DNA of 64,000 nt. It comes from Nanobdellota archaeon (lineage in GTDB: Archaea > Nanobdellota > Nanobdellia > JAAOXT01). Made by a program: the position numbers and the translations under genes. Below are positions 34,671-43,679 of the stretch, piece by piece. Every line of letters begins with the position of its first letter. Position 1 is the stretch's first letter. The notes beneath the pieces are model-generated. The model was not told the DNA's origin, did no database searches, and was given only the letters and a program-made list of their open reading frames with translations. The stretch is from assembly GCA_018221045.1 (NCBI GenBank), contig JAAOXT010000027.1, forward strand, positions 536 through 64,535. The letters run 5' to 3'.

Positions 34671-35553
34671 CCATTGCAGGTCGGTTAGTTTTGATAATTC
34701 CCATGAAAGCAACTTGGAAAATGATTAAGTAAACCGGGACGAAATAAAAAATTTCTTTTTGCAGTTCCAAACCCAAAAACGAGCCGAGAATAATCACCAT
34801 GGTAGTGCCCAAAGCAGGGATTATCACTGTAGCCATCATGTACATTAAAGCTAAAGGATTCAGTTTCGCTCCATACTCCTTAATGTTAACCCTTTGCTTA
34901 CTGCTAAGAGTGTGAACAATGGACTCCAACGTTTTAGCGATATCGGACCCTGCCCTCATGGCGTTGGACACCTGCCAAACAACTCTTCTCAACTCGGCTG
35001 AAGGGTTTCTTAAAGCAATATCTTCGATAGAACGGGCCTGCGACTCCCCTGCTTTGATTTGTTTTATCGCAATCATAAACTCTTTAGAAATCTCCCCGTA
35101 ATCCCCTTTTGCAATCCCTTCAATCGCGTCTATTAAAGGAATCCCTGATTTAACCCTTATCGTTAAGTGCCTCAGAGCAAACAAAAGATGTTTTTCAGAC
35201 CTTTTAACCTTCTGCATAATCTTGAACTTGGGGTAATTGATAAGGTAAACGTAAGCGGTCACCATCAACGCGCCAGCAACCCCAAAAGTCATCGTAAGAT
35301 TCTGTGCGGAGAATTCTTTGATGATGAGCAGGACGAAAAGCATGGATGACAATCCAATGAAGAACATGAATCCAGCAGCAAAAATGACCAGTCTTAAATA
35401 ATCCATTGGCTCAATTTCAATCTCTGCTTGAAATAACTCAACGCTTAACTCAGGATAAAACTTTTTTAAGGACTCTGTAACAAACCGAAGAGGCTTTGAA
35501 ACTTTTAAAACCTGACTGACAGGCATGGGGAGAAACGGCAGGAACTTAATCAC
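34663..35553 (-). CDS. type IV pilus platform protein, TadB/FlaJ-half-like, locus 2
   Basis: It is a paralogue of 20095-20946 (ALRHLTIRVKSGIPLIDAI, LRRVVWQVSNAMRAGSDIAKTL). Confidence 0.75.
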   Translation of the reverse strand: MIKFLPFLPMPVSQVLKVSKPLRFVTESLKKFYPELSVELFQAEIEIEPMDYLRLVIFAAGFMFFIGLSSMLFVLLIIKEFSAQNLTMTFGVAGALMVTAYVYLINYPKFKIMQKVKRSEKHLLFALRHLTIRVKSGIPLIDAIEGIAKGDYGEISKEFMIAIKQIKAGESQARSIEDIALRNPSAELRRVVWQVSNAMRAGSDIAKTLESIVHTLSSKQRVNIKEYGAKLNPLALMYMMATVIIPALGTTMVIILGSFLGLELQKEIFYFVPVYLIIFQVAFMGIIKTNRPAMDV

Positions 35554-37367
35554 TTCTTCTTAACCCCCTTTCTTTTCTTCTTTACCAACCTTTTTTTAGC
35601 AAGAGACTTTTTCTTCGTTTTTTTCTTAACCGACTTTTTTTTAGCTTCTTTCTTTTTCACAGTTTTAGGTTCCAATTTCTTTTCTTTTTTTTGTTCCACC
35701 TTTTTTTCCTTAACACTTTTTTTCTTTGCAGGTTTTTTTGGGGGAGGAGTTTTTTTGAGTTCTTCAATCACTTTTTGACTCAGATTGGTTTCACTCTTTT
35801 TGGTCTTCACTTTTTTCGTGACAACAGGTGCTTCAATCTCTTTCCATAATTTGCCCAACAATTCTTTAGGACTCGCGTTCTTTCTAACCTCTTGTAACAA
35901 TTTTTCTTTGTGAGAGTAATAAGTGGAAACAATTTTTCCAACAGTGTTAACAGTGTTCACGCCGTGCTTGACCATCCAGTTTAGGACGCCGATTTTTTCC
36001 TTAAGATCTTTTTCAACTTCTGAGCGAGTCAGGCCAGTAAACATTTCTAGGTCGTCGAGAACCCTGATGCTTTCATTATCTTTTTCGTACTTGTCAAAAG
36101 CGGGTTTCCATCTGAAAACCCTGTTGACGTTAATTAATTCTCTTCCTTCTGCCTTCCCGGATTCTAAAAGCTCGGATACTTCCAAAATCCTTCTTATGCC
36201 CTTTCTTCTATGCCTATAAACAACAACTATCAACGGCAAAGTGCTGACCATTGATTCAGGCAGGTTTATCGGAGGATTGGTAAGTCTTCTGACGGTTTGT
36301 TCGGCGGTGTCTGCGTGCACTGTTGCGTAAACGCTGTGACCAGTGTGAATGGCTTCGAACAGGACTTCAGCCTCTTGCTGACGCCTTACTTCCCCTACGA
36401 TGATTCTGTCCGGCCTCATCCTTAAAGAGTTGACAAGCAAGTCAAGCATTCTCACTCCACCTTTCCCTTCAGGGTTCGGCTCCCTAGTGGTTAAAGGAAC
36501 CCATTGCAAGAACTTAGGAAGCATTATTTCTCTGGTGTCTTCAATGCTGATAACCCTCTGGTTTGGGGGGATGAAAGGCATGCAGGAAGTCATGAAAGTG
36601 GTTTTCCCGCTAGCCGTCCCGCCGGAAAACATGATGCTCATCTCGTACTGCATGGCCAGCCAGATAAAACTAACGATTTCCGAAGTCACTGTCCTGTTTT
36701 CGATTAATTCTGTTATGGTCCACGGTTTTCTTCTGAATTTACGAATCGTTATTGTGTTACCAGCAGACGAAATAGGGAATAACGTGGCGTTAACCCTGTC
36801 ACCAGTGATGAGGTGAGCGTCCAATAACGGGTTCAAATTGCTTATGCTCCGGCCAATCTCTCTAGCAATGCTGGCAGCGTAATCGTATATCTGGCCCTCA
36901 TTATCAATGCGAATATTGGTTTTCAGCCAGCCATACTTTTTATGGTAAACCCAAATATTGCTTTCAGAACTGTTGATGACAATCTCTTCAAGGTTTTCAT
37001 CGTTAAGCAAGAATTCAATAGTTCCTAAACCAAGGGTTTCGTGAATGAGGAACCCGGCAAGTATTTTAAGCGTCCTGTCAGACTCGTTAGGCAGTTCTTT
37101 CTTCAGTAATTCAAGAATCTTATCTGAAAACACTTTCCGAGTCTTTTGCACAGATTTAACGTCCAAAGCCTCCTTCGGGGATAAGGGAACAGCGCTAATC
37201 ATTTCTTCCTTAATCTTTTCAAGAATTGCCTTAGAACCAATGCCAATCACAGGCAATTTTATGATGTACAAAGGAGTGAATTCGTCTGGACTGTGGGTTA
37301 TCTTGATGTTGACTGGAACGTTATCAGCAGTTATTTTATAAACTTCAATTTTTTCCGTTTCCTTCAT
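35550..37367 (-). CDS. type II/IV secretion-family ATPase (ArlI/PilB-like) with a 97-aa Lys-rich C-terminal tail, locus 2
   Basis: The core motifs are FSGGTASGKTTFM, SIEDTREI, RMRPDRIIVGEVR and HTGHSVYATVHA. The tail runs KKVKTKKSE...KKRLVKKKRKGVKKK. The start MKETEKIEVYK at 37367 aligns with the locus 1 paralogue; the track start is 37424. Confidence 0.9.
   Translation of the reverse strand: MKETEKIEVYKITADNVPVNIKITHSPDEFTPLYIIKLPVIGIGSKAILEKIKEEMISAVPLSPKEALDVKSVQKTRKVFSDKILELLKKELPNESDRTLKILAGFLIHETLGLGTIEFLLNDENLEEIVINSSESNIWVYHKKYGWLKTNIRIDNEGQIYDYAASIAREIGRSISNLNPLLDAHLITGDRVNATLFPISSAGNTITIRKFRRKPWTITELIENRTVTSEIVSFIWLAMQYEMSIMFSGGTASGKTTFMTSCMPFIPPNQRVISIEDTREIMLPKFLQWVPLTTREPNPEGKGGVRMLDLLVNSLRMRPDRIIVGEVRRQQEAEVLFEAIHTGHSVYATVHADTAEQTVRRLTNPPINLPESMVSTLPLIVVVYRHRRKGIRRILEVSELLESGKAEGRELINVNRVFRWKPAFDKYEKDNESIRVLDDLEMFTGLTRSEVEKDLKEKIGVLNWMVKHGVNTVNTVGKIVSTYYSHKEKLLQEVRKNASPKELLGKLWKEIEAPVVTKKVKTKKSETNLSQKVIEELKKTPPPKKPAKKKSVKEKKVEQKKEKKLEPKTVKKKEAKKKSVKKKTKKKSLAKKRLVKKKRKGVKKK
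36397..36433. repeat. 37-nt stretch identical to 21492-21528
   Basis: It has the same sequence as the locus 1 ATPase at the codons for RPDRIIVGE. Confidence 0.85.
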
Positions 37368-37683
37368 CATTTTCCTCTCTCTTTTTTTTTTCTTCAACAC
37401 CACCTTCTTTTTTTTCTTCCACAATCTTTAAAACAACCTTGCCAAAAGGAGTGTAATCAACCGTAATCAACCCGTTTGATTCTAAGGTTTTAGCCCACTC
37501 TTCAACAAGTTTTTCTTCTTCACCGAACTTTTTGACAAAAAATTTGAGATCCTCTTTTTTCTTCTGTTTAAGGTGGGAGAGCATTACGTCAACTTCTGTA
37601 AGGATTTCTCCTCCAAAACCGTGTTTCACCACTTTTTTTAGAGGTTTTTTCAATTTTTTTTTAAACAATTTTTTTAGATTCAT
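37345..37683 (-). CDS. small Lys/Glu-rich wHTH-like protein preceding the locus 2 ATPase
   Basis: LVEEWAKTLESNGLITVDYTPFGKVVLKI is homologous to the C-terminus of 22447-23100. Confidence 0.5.
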   Translation of the reverse strand: MNLKKLFKKKLKKPLKKVVKHGFGGEILTEVDVMLSHLKQKKKEDLKFFVKKFGEEEKLVEEWAKTLESNGLITVDYTPFGKVVLKIVEEKKEGGVEEKKKREENDEGNGKN

Positions 37684-38516
37684 GTGAGCTCCCCGTTGTT
37701 TAAAACGCTTAAACCAAAATTATTGGCTGATAGGTTGACCCAAGTTTTATTGTATGGGTATGACGCCTTAAATACATTACTTTGGTTTACCTTGAAAGTT
37801 GTTAAGAATTCCGCGCCGTAAAAATCAGGGGTTACTTCAATAACTTTATCGGATTCTCCAGAATCCAGTCTTAACTGGACGTTCAAGTAGCCTTCACTAG
37901 TGCCTATTGATAAATAGTAATTCTTCTTGTCAAGCAACCAAGAAGCATTGTGGTCAGGAAGGTTTATGGAGAACAAGAAATCTCCTTGTCCTGGCTGGTT
38001 GCCAACCCAAGTCGAGTTAACGATTGACCAGTTAAAAGAAGCGTTTAACTCCAAGGAATTAATTTTATCAGCGCCGTGCAAAGCGAAACCAGTTATTTTG
38101 TTACTGGAATAAACGTTTTCCCACGTGATTTCTTGAGGTTCGAAAAGGATTAGCAGAGAACCTTGATTAATCGCTTCTCTCATTCCTGAAAGATTTGTTT
38201 TAACATCAATGTTTGTTTGATTGTTGAAGAAGTTGTTAACCCATTTCTCGAAAATTTTTAACGAGCCTGTCGCGTTGTAATCGTGAAAGCTTGTTTTCAC
38301 GCTGACGCTTCCAGCACTATCCGCGCTTAACTCGGTGTTAGCCACTTTTTCTAGATTGCTGATAAGGTTTCTGGAATAACCAGTTATTTTTTCGCTCAGA
38401 ACAGTGCTGGTTATTATTTTATTGCTGGAAGTGTTAACAAGACTAATCAACATGGCAATCTCAAGTATTAATGAGAATATCAAGAAAACTGATACAGTGA
38501 AAATAATTCCTTTCAT
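37680..38516 (-). CDS. minor pilin-like protein (class III signal peptide), locus 2
   Basis: With the ATG at 38516 the N-terminus is MKGIIFTVSVFLIFSLILEIAMLISLV and forms an ATGA overlap upstream. It is the positional counterpart of 24116-24877. Confidence 0.6.
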   Translation of the reverse strand: MKGIIFTVSVFLIFSLILEIAMLISLVNTSSNKIITSTVLSEKITGYSRNLISNLEKVANTELSADSAGSVSVKTSFHDYNATGSLKIFEKWVNNFFNNQTNIDVKTNLSGMREAINQGSLLILFEPQEITWENVYSSNKITGFALHGADKINSLELNASFNWSIVNSTWVGNQPGQGDFLFSINLPDHNASWLLDKKNYYLSIGTSEGYLNVQLRLDSGESDKVIEVTPDFYGAEFLTTFKVNQSNVFKASYPYNKTWVNLSANNFGLSVLNNGELT

Positions 38517-38938
38517 ATCCAAATCCTCACCTCAGCCACCCCAAAATTCTTTATTCCCCTTTCTTGGATTAAGAACGATTTTTTCACGATGCCGAAATCA
38601 GTTGGTCCTGAAGCGTTGATAGGGTGCTTGACAACAAAGTTCTGCAAAAGAATTATTTCCTGTGTGAGCGCGCTAGCGTTGTAAACACTAACAATCAATT
38701 CAACATTATACTGTTTGGGCAAATACTCTTGAATGAAAGACGAATAATTGGAGGAGTTAAGTGTTTGCAAAACTTTATGCTCGTCCATAATGTTAAGCAA
38801 ATCGTTAGCCATCTGAGTTTCCTTGACTCTTTTCCAGTCAGGATGGTTTCTCATAACGTAAACCGAAGACGTGACCATGACCACCATTATGCTAATCGCT
38901 AACAGCATGTCAGTTATTAACACGAAACCTTTTTTCAC
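38513..38938 (-). CDS. minor pilin-like protein (class III signal peptide), locus 2
   Basis: The N-terminus is MKKGFVLITDMLLAISIMVVMVTSS. Confidence 0.6.
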   Translation of the reverse strand: MKKGFVLITDMLLAISIMVVMVTSSVYVMRNHPDWKRVKETQMANDLLNIMDEHKVLQTLNSSNYSSFIQEYLPKQYNVELIVSVYNASALTQEIILLQNFVVKHPINASGPTDFGIVKKSFLIQERGIKNFGVAEVRIWI

Positions 38939-39414
38939 TGCCTCACCACCAATTCAAAAATCATTGGAGTATCGTTGAGCAACACAATTCTTTCCGATTT
39001 CGACAAGTCCCTTGAGTAATCAAAAGTCCAGTTATAAGAGTATAGTGTTGCGGAACCGTTAACCAATCTGAAAGAGAAGTCGTAACCCTCTATCCCCAAC
39101 CTCTCTTTTACGAAAGAATAATTGTTCAAAGAGTAATCATAAAAAAGCTTGACTTTGCCCGCGTCCAGCACTCCTGGCTTGTTAGTTGAGAGCCCGAAAC
39201 ACTCAACGTCAGTCGTCCAGTTGTAAGGCTGGCCAGGAGTTGACACCAGCAAGTCTGAAACCCGCGTTACCATCAGTTCCAACTCTCTCGTCCTGGTAAC
39301 GTCTTTCTGGGTTAAACTCAAGTAATCCCACATCCTCGCCCCAATCCCCAGAATCACTATGAACAACACCACAGTGAATATCATGCTGGTCGTGAATATT
39401 TGCGCTTTACTCAA
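38935..39414 (-). CDS. minor pilin-like protein (class III signal peptide), locus 2
   Basis: The N-terminus is MSKAQIFTTSMIFTVVLFIVILGIG. At 159 aa it is the same length as its locus 1 counterpart. Confidence 0.65.
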   Translation of the reverse strand: MSKAQIFTTSMIFTVVLFIVILGIGARMWDYLSLTQKDVTRTRELELMVTRVSDLLVSTPGQPYNWTTDVECFGLSTNKPGVLDAGKVKLFYDYSLNNYSFVKERLGIEGYDFSFRLVNGSATLYSYNWTFDYSRDLSKSERIVLLNDTPMIFELVVRQ

Positions 39415-39817
39415 ACACTATCACCTCGTCAACACTTTTCGCAGTGCCAGAAGGATTGATAAAAAAATCGTGCTCAGTCATAGAAGAATTGGTGAAACCC
39501 GTTGTTTGAACGTTGCAGATAAAAGATTTGTCGTCCAAACCGATGACGACCACAGATTCACTAGGGTGCGCGTGATACGAGTAAGGAATCCCCCCTGAAT
39601 AATTGGGTAATGACAAGTTTTCTATCAGGTTATTGGATTTCATCAGCGAGTAAAAACTAGTTCTTAGTTCTTGGCAAGATATTTTTAAATTATCGCTTTT
39701 GGACATGTCGTTAAGCGAAGTGCTCCGCTGAAAAAATATTATGAGGACGGTTATGAGAATCATGATTAGGAAAGAGATTGTTGTGAAAAACTCGATGCTT
39801 AACTGCGCTTTTTTCAT
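39407..39817 (-). CDS. minor pilin-like protein (class III signal peptide), locus 2
   Basis: The N-terminus is MKKAQLSIEFFTTISFLIMILITVLIIFF. Confidence 0.65.
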   Translation of the reverse strand: MKKAQLSIEFFTTISFLIMILITVLIIFFQRSTSLNDMSKSDNLKISCQELRTSFYSLMKSNNLIENLSLPNYSGGIPYSYHAHPSESVVVIGLDDKSFICNVQTTGFTNSSMTEHDFFINPSGTAKSVDEVIVFE

Positions 39818-42642
39818 TCTATTCCAAAATCAACCTCAACCCATCTTGATTTTTTGTTATCAATCCACCAAGCGAATTTTGGGATTATCCTAAACCTCAT
39901 CCAACCAAAACCATTCATTCTATGAGCCGTGTCCGTAACATCAACTTCGTGCCAACCAGTTGAACTGTAAGTGTACTCCGTGAAACCAGTATTTGTTAGT
40001 ATGGTCTCTCCGTCAGAATTATAAGCATGAATCCTTATAGGGTAAGGCTCGTAATCGAACGAGTCCACCTTGAATTTTAAGATAACCTTGGAATACAAGC
40101 TCGGGTCAGCATCTAGCTTCACAACATAACCCTCATACTTATCGTAATCAAACAGTTTTATGTCCATCAATAATTGGTAAGCGCTTGCAGGAGTGTTAGG
40201 GTTGTCATCAGTAAAGTCAAGTGTTATGTTTTCCCAAGACTTCATGTCAGGGTCAGCAGTGCTTTTTCCATGCCCGTTAGTCTTAAAATAATACGCTCGG
40301 CTAACGTCAACATAAGTGTAACCCCCTCCACCCCCTGTACCAGAAATTACTGTAATGGTTTCGTTCTCGTGGAACTCGTCGGTTCCAGTATTGCCTGCCT
40401 GATCATTGGCGTGGCTGGTCACAAGAGTCCAGTTCCCGATGGCCAATAAATAAAGCTCTCCGCCATAAACCCCATCTCCTTCAGCCCCTGAGCAAGAATT
40501 CCCTGTGTCGGAAAGTATTTGGTTGTAAGTAGTGTCCAAGGGAGTGATTAATTCAGCCCAAACCATGCTGACGTTATAATTGTCTGAAACGCTGGCGTTT
40601 AAACAAATAGTTTGCCCTACCTCTGCATTACTCTGGTTCGTCGCGGTTGAGTTCACGATTGGAAGAACAGTGTCACAAGTAATGTTAACCCCTACGCTGA
40701 CGCTTCCTTCGTTCCCCGCCGAGTCGTTTGCATGAGCAGTGCTCCACTCATTGATGCCGGTCTCAGAGCAATAAAAACTCGTTGAGTAAGTGTTACCATA
40801 TTGTCCTGTTGAAGGAAGGGTTTGCCCGCCTATTTGGAACCAGGCTTGGTCCTTGTTGGCATCAATAACGTCGCAACTGATTTGGGAGAACTCGCCTTCG
40901 CGTAAGTATTCGTTGGTTAGAGTGCAGTTTTCCAGAACAGGGTTTTGCGTGTCAACCGTGAAGTGAACAGTGCTTCCAGTGTGATTAGTGTTGTTGTAAA
41001 CGTCCTTGCAGTAAACAGTTATGGAATGAGTTGCGTCCGACAGACCTGTCACGCTTGAATAAAAGTTGGTGTCGTTCTCCTGGTCCATGGTCACGTTTGT
41101 CGGTGACGCGAAGTCAACGTTGTAACCGCACCACGAACCTTTTTCGTTGAGGGTGGCGTTAATCCAGAACGAGTTTGAGGGGTAAGAAGCGTTCTTAGGG
41201 TAATCAATAGTTATTATGGGAGGAATGCTGTCTGTTCCTTCCACGCTGACCAATAAGTTAGCGTTCTCGAAACCAACGTTTTCCGAAGTGTCTTTGGCGT
41301 AAGAAGTGTTAACCATCCACGTCCCGTTAACGTTTAACAATACTTCTGCTCCGAACCAGTTATCCCCGTTGATTCCCGCGCACGCGCTCCCAGTATCAGT
41401 TAGCGTGACATTAATTGCTTGCATGTCAGGGTTCGTCACACTCACCCAGACAGAATCTATCTGGGTGTCGTCCGTGGCAGTCGCGTTCACGCACAATAAA
41501 CCACCAATTATTGCACTGGTTTTATCCACGCTCGTCGAGTTAATGACGGGTAGCACGGTGTCGTCCCCGACGGTTATGCTCAACGAATGATTGTAAGAAT
41601 TGGTGCCTGCAACGTCTGGCTGGGAGTCCCCGAGGATTAACCCGTTAAAAGTTCCGTAAGAGAGACCGAACAGTCTTAAAGTCAAATCCTGACTTCTTCC
41701 AGAAACCATTATTCCTAAGTCAATAAAATCCTCTTTTTCAATCGTTGAAGCGTTAAGGTCAACGTAGCCGATGAGTTCATTGCTCAACGAGAGATTGGTG
41801 TTGAACAACGAGCCAGCTCCAACGTTTGAAACTGTTAATGACATGGTTTTGTTCGTGTTTATGGCAACGTTCACGTTTTCTAAACTCGAGATAGTGAGTT
41901 CTCCCACGCTCACGGTTAACTTGACTGGGATCGTGGTGTTAGCCATGCCAAAACCTTTCAGCGAGAGGTTGCCTTCGTAAACTGCTGGGTAATCATCCCC
42001 ATAAAAAGTTATTACTAAATTCTTGCTCTCACCGACTCCTAAGTCACCAATGTTCGTGTTGTCCTGCCTGCCAGATTCGTCTGAGTCAACGTCAACGCGG
42101 TTGATGAGGGTTCCGGTCGCGTTGACAGTTATCCCTGTTATCGTGGCTTCCTGCAAATTGGTTAATTGAAAATTTTGAGTGAAATTTTTTGAATAATCCA
42201 CTAAAGCGTTGAGGGATTGAGGAATTACCGCGATGTTAGCCACGTCTATGTCCACGCACCCGTTTTCCAAAGCCTTGATTATAATCCTATAATATCCTGG
42301 GTCTACTGGCACGGTTCCTTCAAGGCAGGTGGCCGTGTCCGCGAAAACGTCTGTCGTCCTGTCACCAAAATTGATGGCATAATTAACAGTGCTGCCGTTA
42401 AGATAAGTTCCTGAGGAGTTGATTAGTTTAGGGATTAAAACCAGTATTTCTCTTTGCGCTGGGTGCCCGTCAGCGTAAACAGTGTTGATAGCGTTCTCTA
42501 ATTTATCAACAGTCATCTGAATTTCTCTTAAGTTAGTTGTTTTTTGACTTCTGTCTGACGCGAAATAGAATAGGGGTGTGACTACGAGCAGGAAAAAAGA
42601 TATTAGTACTAAGTACTCCATTCCCACTTGAGCTCGTCTCAT
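39814..42642 (-). CDS. pilin-led giant surface protein: class III signal peptide, conserved N-module, Ig-like repeats and a C-terminal beta-sandwich
   Basis: The N-terminus is MRRAQVGMEYLVLISFFLLVVTP. Residues 1 to approx. 245 align with the 723-aa protein of locus 1. Two approx. 105-aa internal repeats begin VLPVINSTSVDK and VLPIVNSTATNQ. A Gly5 linker precedes a approx. 170-aa C-terminal domain. Confidence 0.8.
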   Translation of the reverse strand: MRRAQVGMEYLVLISFFLLVVTPLFYFASDRSQKTTNLREIQMTVDKLENAINTVYADGHPAQREILVLIPKLINSSGTYLNGSTVNYAINFGDRTTDVFADTATCLEGTVPVDPGYYRIIIKALENGCVDIDVANIAVIPQSLNALVDYSKNFTQNFQLTNLQEATITGITVNATGTLINRVDVDSDESGRQDNTNIGDLGVGESKNLVITFYGDDYPAVYEGNLSLKGFGMANTTIPVKLTVSVGELTISSLENVNVAINTNKTMSLTVSNVGAGSLFNTNLSLSNELIGYVDLNASTIEKEDFIDLGIMVSGRSQDLTLRLFGLSYGTFNGLILGDSQPDVAGTNSYNHSLSITVGDDTVLPVINSTSVDKTSAIIGGLLCVNATATDDTQIDSVWVSVTNPDMQAINVTLTDTGSACAGINGDNWFGAEVLLNVNGTWMVNTSYAKDTSENVGFENANLLVSVEGTDSIPPIITIDYPKNASYPSNSFWINATLNEKGSWCGYNVDFASPTNVTMDQENDTNFYSSVTGLSDATHSITVYCKDVYNNTNHTGSTVHFTVDTQNPVLENCTLTNEYLREGEFSQISCDVIDANKDQAWFQIGGQTLPSTGQYGNTYSTSFYCSETGINEWSTAHANDSAGNEGSVSVGVNITCDTVLPIVNSTATNQSNAEVGQTICLNASVSDNYNVSMVWAELITPLDTTYNQILSDTGNSCSGAEGDGVYGGELYLLAIGNWTLVTSHANDQAGNTGTDEFHENETITVISGTGGGGGYTYVDVSRAYYFKTNGHGKSTADPDMKSWENITLDFTDDNPNTPASAYQLLMDIKLFDYDKYEGYVVKLDADPSLYSKVILKFKVDSFDYEPYPIRIHAYNSDGETILTNTGFTEYTYSSTGWHEVDVTDTAHRMNGFGWMRFRIIPKFAWWIDNKKSRWVEVDFGIE

Positions 42643-42669
42643 GACACTTATTTTTTGGGTTGTGGAATG

Positions 42670-42677
42670 TTATAAAG
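42670..42677 (-). promoter_or_regulatory. TATA-box-like element upstream of the locus 2 adhesin gene
   Basis: The minus strand reads ctttataa about 30 nt upstream of the ATG at 42642. Confidence 0.35.
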
Positions 42678-42718
42678 ATTAACATGAATGGAATATTTTT
42701 TAAGTAGACTATAATTAT

Positions 42719-43366
42719 TTGATAAATAAGGGGGTTTTATTGGTTTACGTGTCGAAAGAGATTCCAGGTCCAGAGCTTAACTTGCTCAACGCGGTCATAG
42801 GCGTGGCCAGCTTGATTAATTGTGAGGAAGAGGATAAAAAAGAATTCTTCTTGGAAAAACTGGAGGATTATTTCGTTTTTCACGAGACAGTTTTCGGGCC
42901 AATAGAAGAAGACTATTCTCAGGATTATCTATGGCAACTTATTGTTTTAGAGGGGGTTGAACCAGAAAATTTTTTTGAAAACCATCTTGAGGAGCGACGC
43001 CAATATGTTTGTTCACTTGTGAAAAAAATAATGAATAACTCTGCCAGCAGGGAGGAAACAGTGTTTTGTTACGGCAGTATTTCGAGAATGATTCCTGATT
43101 ACGAACAATTTTTAGAAAGCGTAAATAATGTGGCGAACACGCTGAAAATGGTTTCAGAAAAGGGCGACCCAGTGATGATGTTTAAAGTGGAAGAAGCCTT
43201 AGATTTGTGTAAAAGAGAGCCGTGGTATCCACTAATTTTTTATGACTCAAACCCAGAAAATTCTAAGTTATTTGAAGAGACTCTAATGCTAAATACTTTA
43301 ATCCTGTTTGACGAAACCCTTACAAGCGCGGAGAACTCCTTGATTAAAGTTATGGAGGAAACCTAA
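42719..43366 (+). CDS. hypothetical acidic protein
   Basis: 215-aa ORF with a non-ATG start in the track. I recognise no motif. Confidence 0.35.
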   Translation: MINKGVLLVYVSKEIPGPELNLLNAVIGVASLINCEEEDKKEFFLEKLEDYFVFHETVFGPIEEDYSQDYLWQLIVLEGVEPENFFENHLEERRQYVCSLVKKIMNNSASREETVFCYGSISRMIPDYEQFLESVNNVANTLKMVSEKGDPVMMFKVEEALDLCKREPWYPLIFYDSNPENSKLFEETLMLNTLILFDETLTSAENSLIKVMEET

Positions 43367-43647
43367 TAGTTCTTCCTAACTTTTTGTTCATCCATAAACT
43401 CGTCTTTTTTCTTTTCGAGTAATTCGTCGAATTTGTAATGCATTGGAGAAGCGCTTTTCTCAAACACTGCTAAAGACACTTTTAAAGCATCTGTTCCTCG
43501 AAAACCATTATCTTCCGCTTTTTTTAAAACGGTTTTCAAAAGCTCAAAATACTCTTCAATAAAATCTTTCGTCAACTTACTTTCTTCTTCCCCGCCTATC
43601 ACAATTTTCTTCCAAGAATCCCCCACCTTGAAGTACTTAGTCTTCAT
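43363..43647 (-). CDS. hypothetical protein
   Basis: 94-aa ORF with no recognised motif. Confidence 0.35.
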   Translation of the reverse strand: MKTKYFKVGDSWKKIVIGGEEESKLTKDFIEEYFELLKTVLKKAEDNGFRGTDALKVSLAVFEKSASPMHYKFDELLEKKKDEFMDEQKVRKNY

Positions 43648-43679
43648 AAGAATAGCGGAGAACCCGCACTCTTTTAAGC

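Noticed and set aside
35553-35843. The repetitive, T/A-rich stretch looked at first like a tandem repeat or CRISPR-like array.
   Set aside because: It is in frame with the ATPase and encodes a continuous Lys-rich tail. It has no regular repeat-spacer periodicity. I saw no CRISPR array or cas gene anywhere in the window.
19122-42642. Whether the two ATPase/platform loci are archaellum (motility) operons or a duplicated mobile element.
   Set aside because: I saw no archaellin-like major subunit and no ArlC/D/E, ArlF/G or ArlX-like genes. The platform is split Tad-style, and the largest subunits are adhesin-like. No integrase, transposase or terminal repeats flank either locus. Adhesive T4P-like loci arising by chromosomal duplication fit better.
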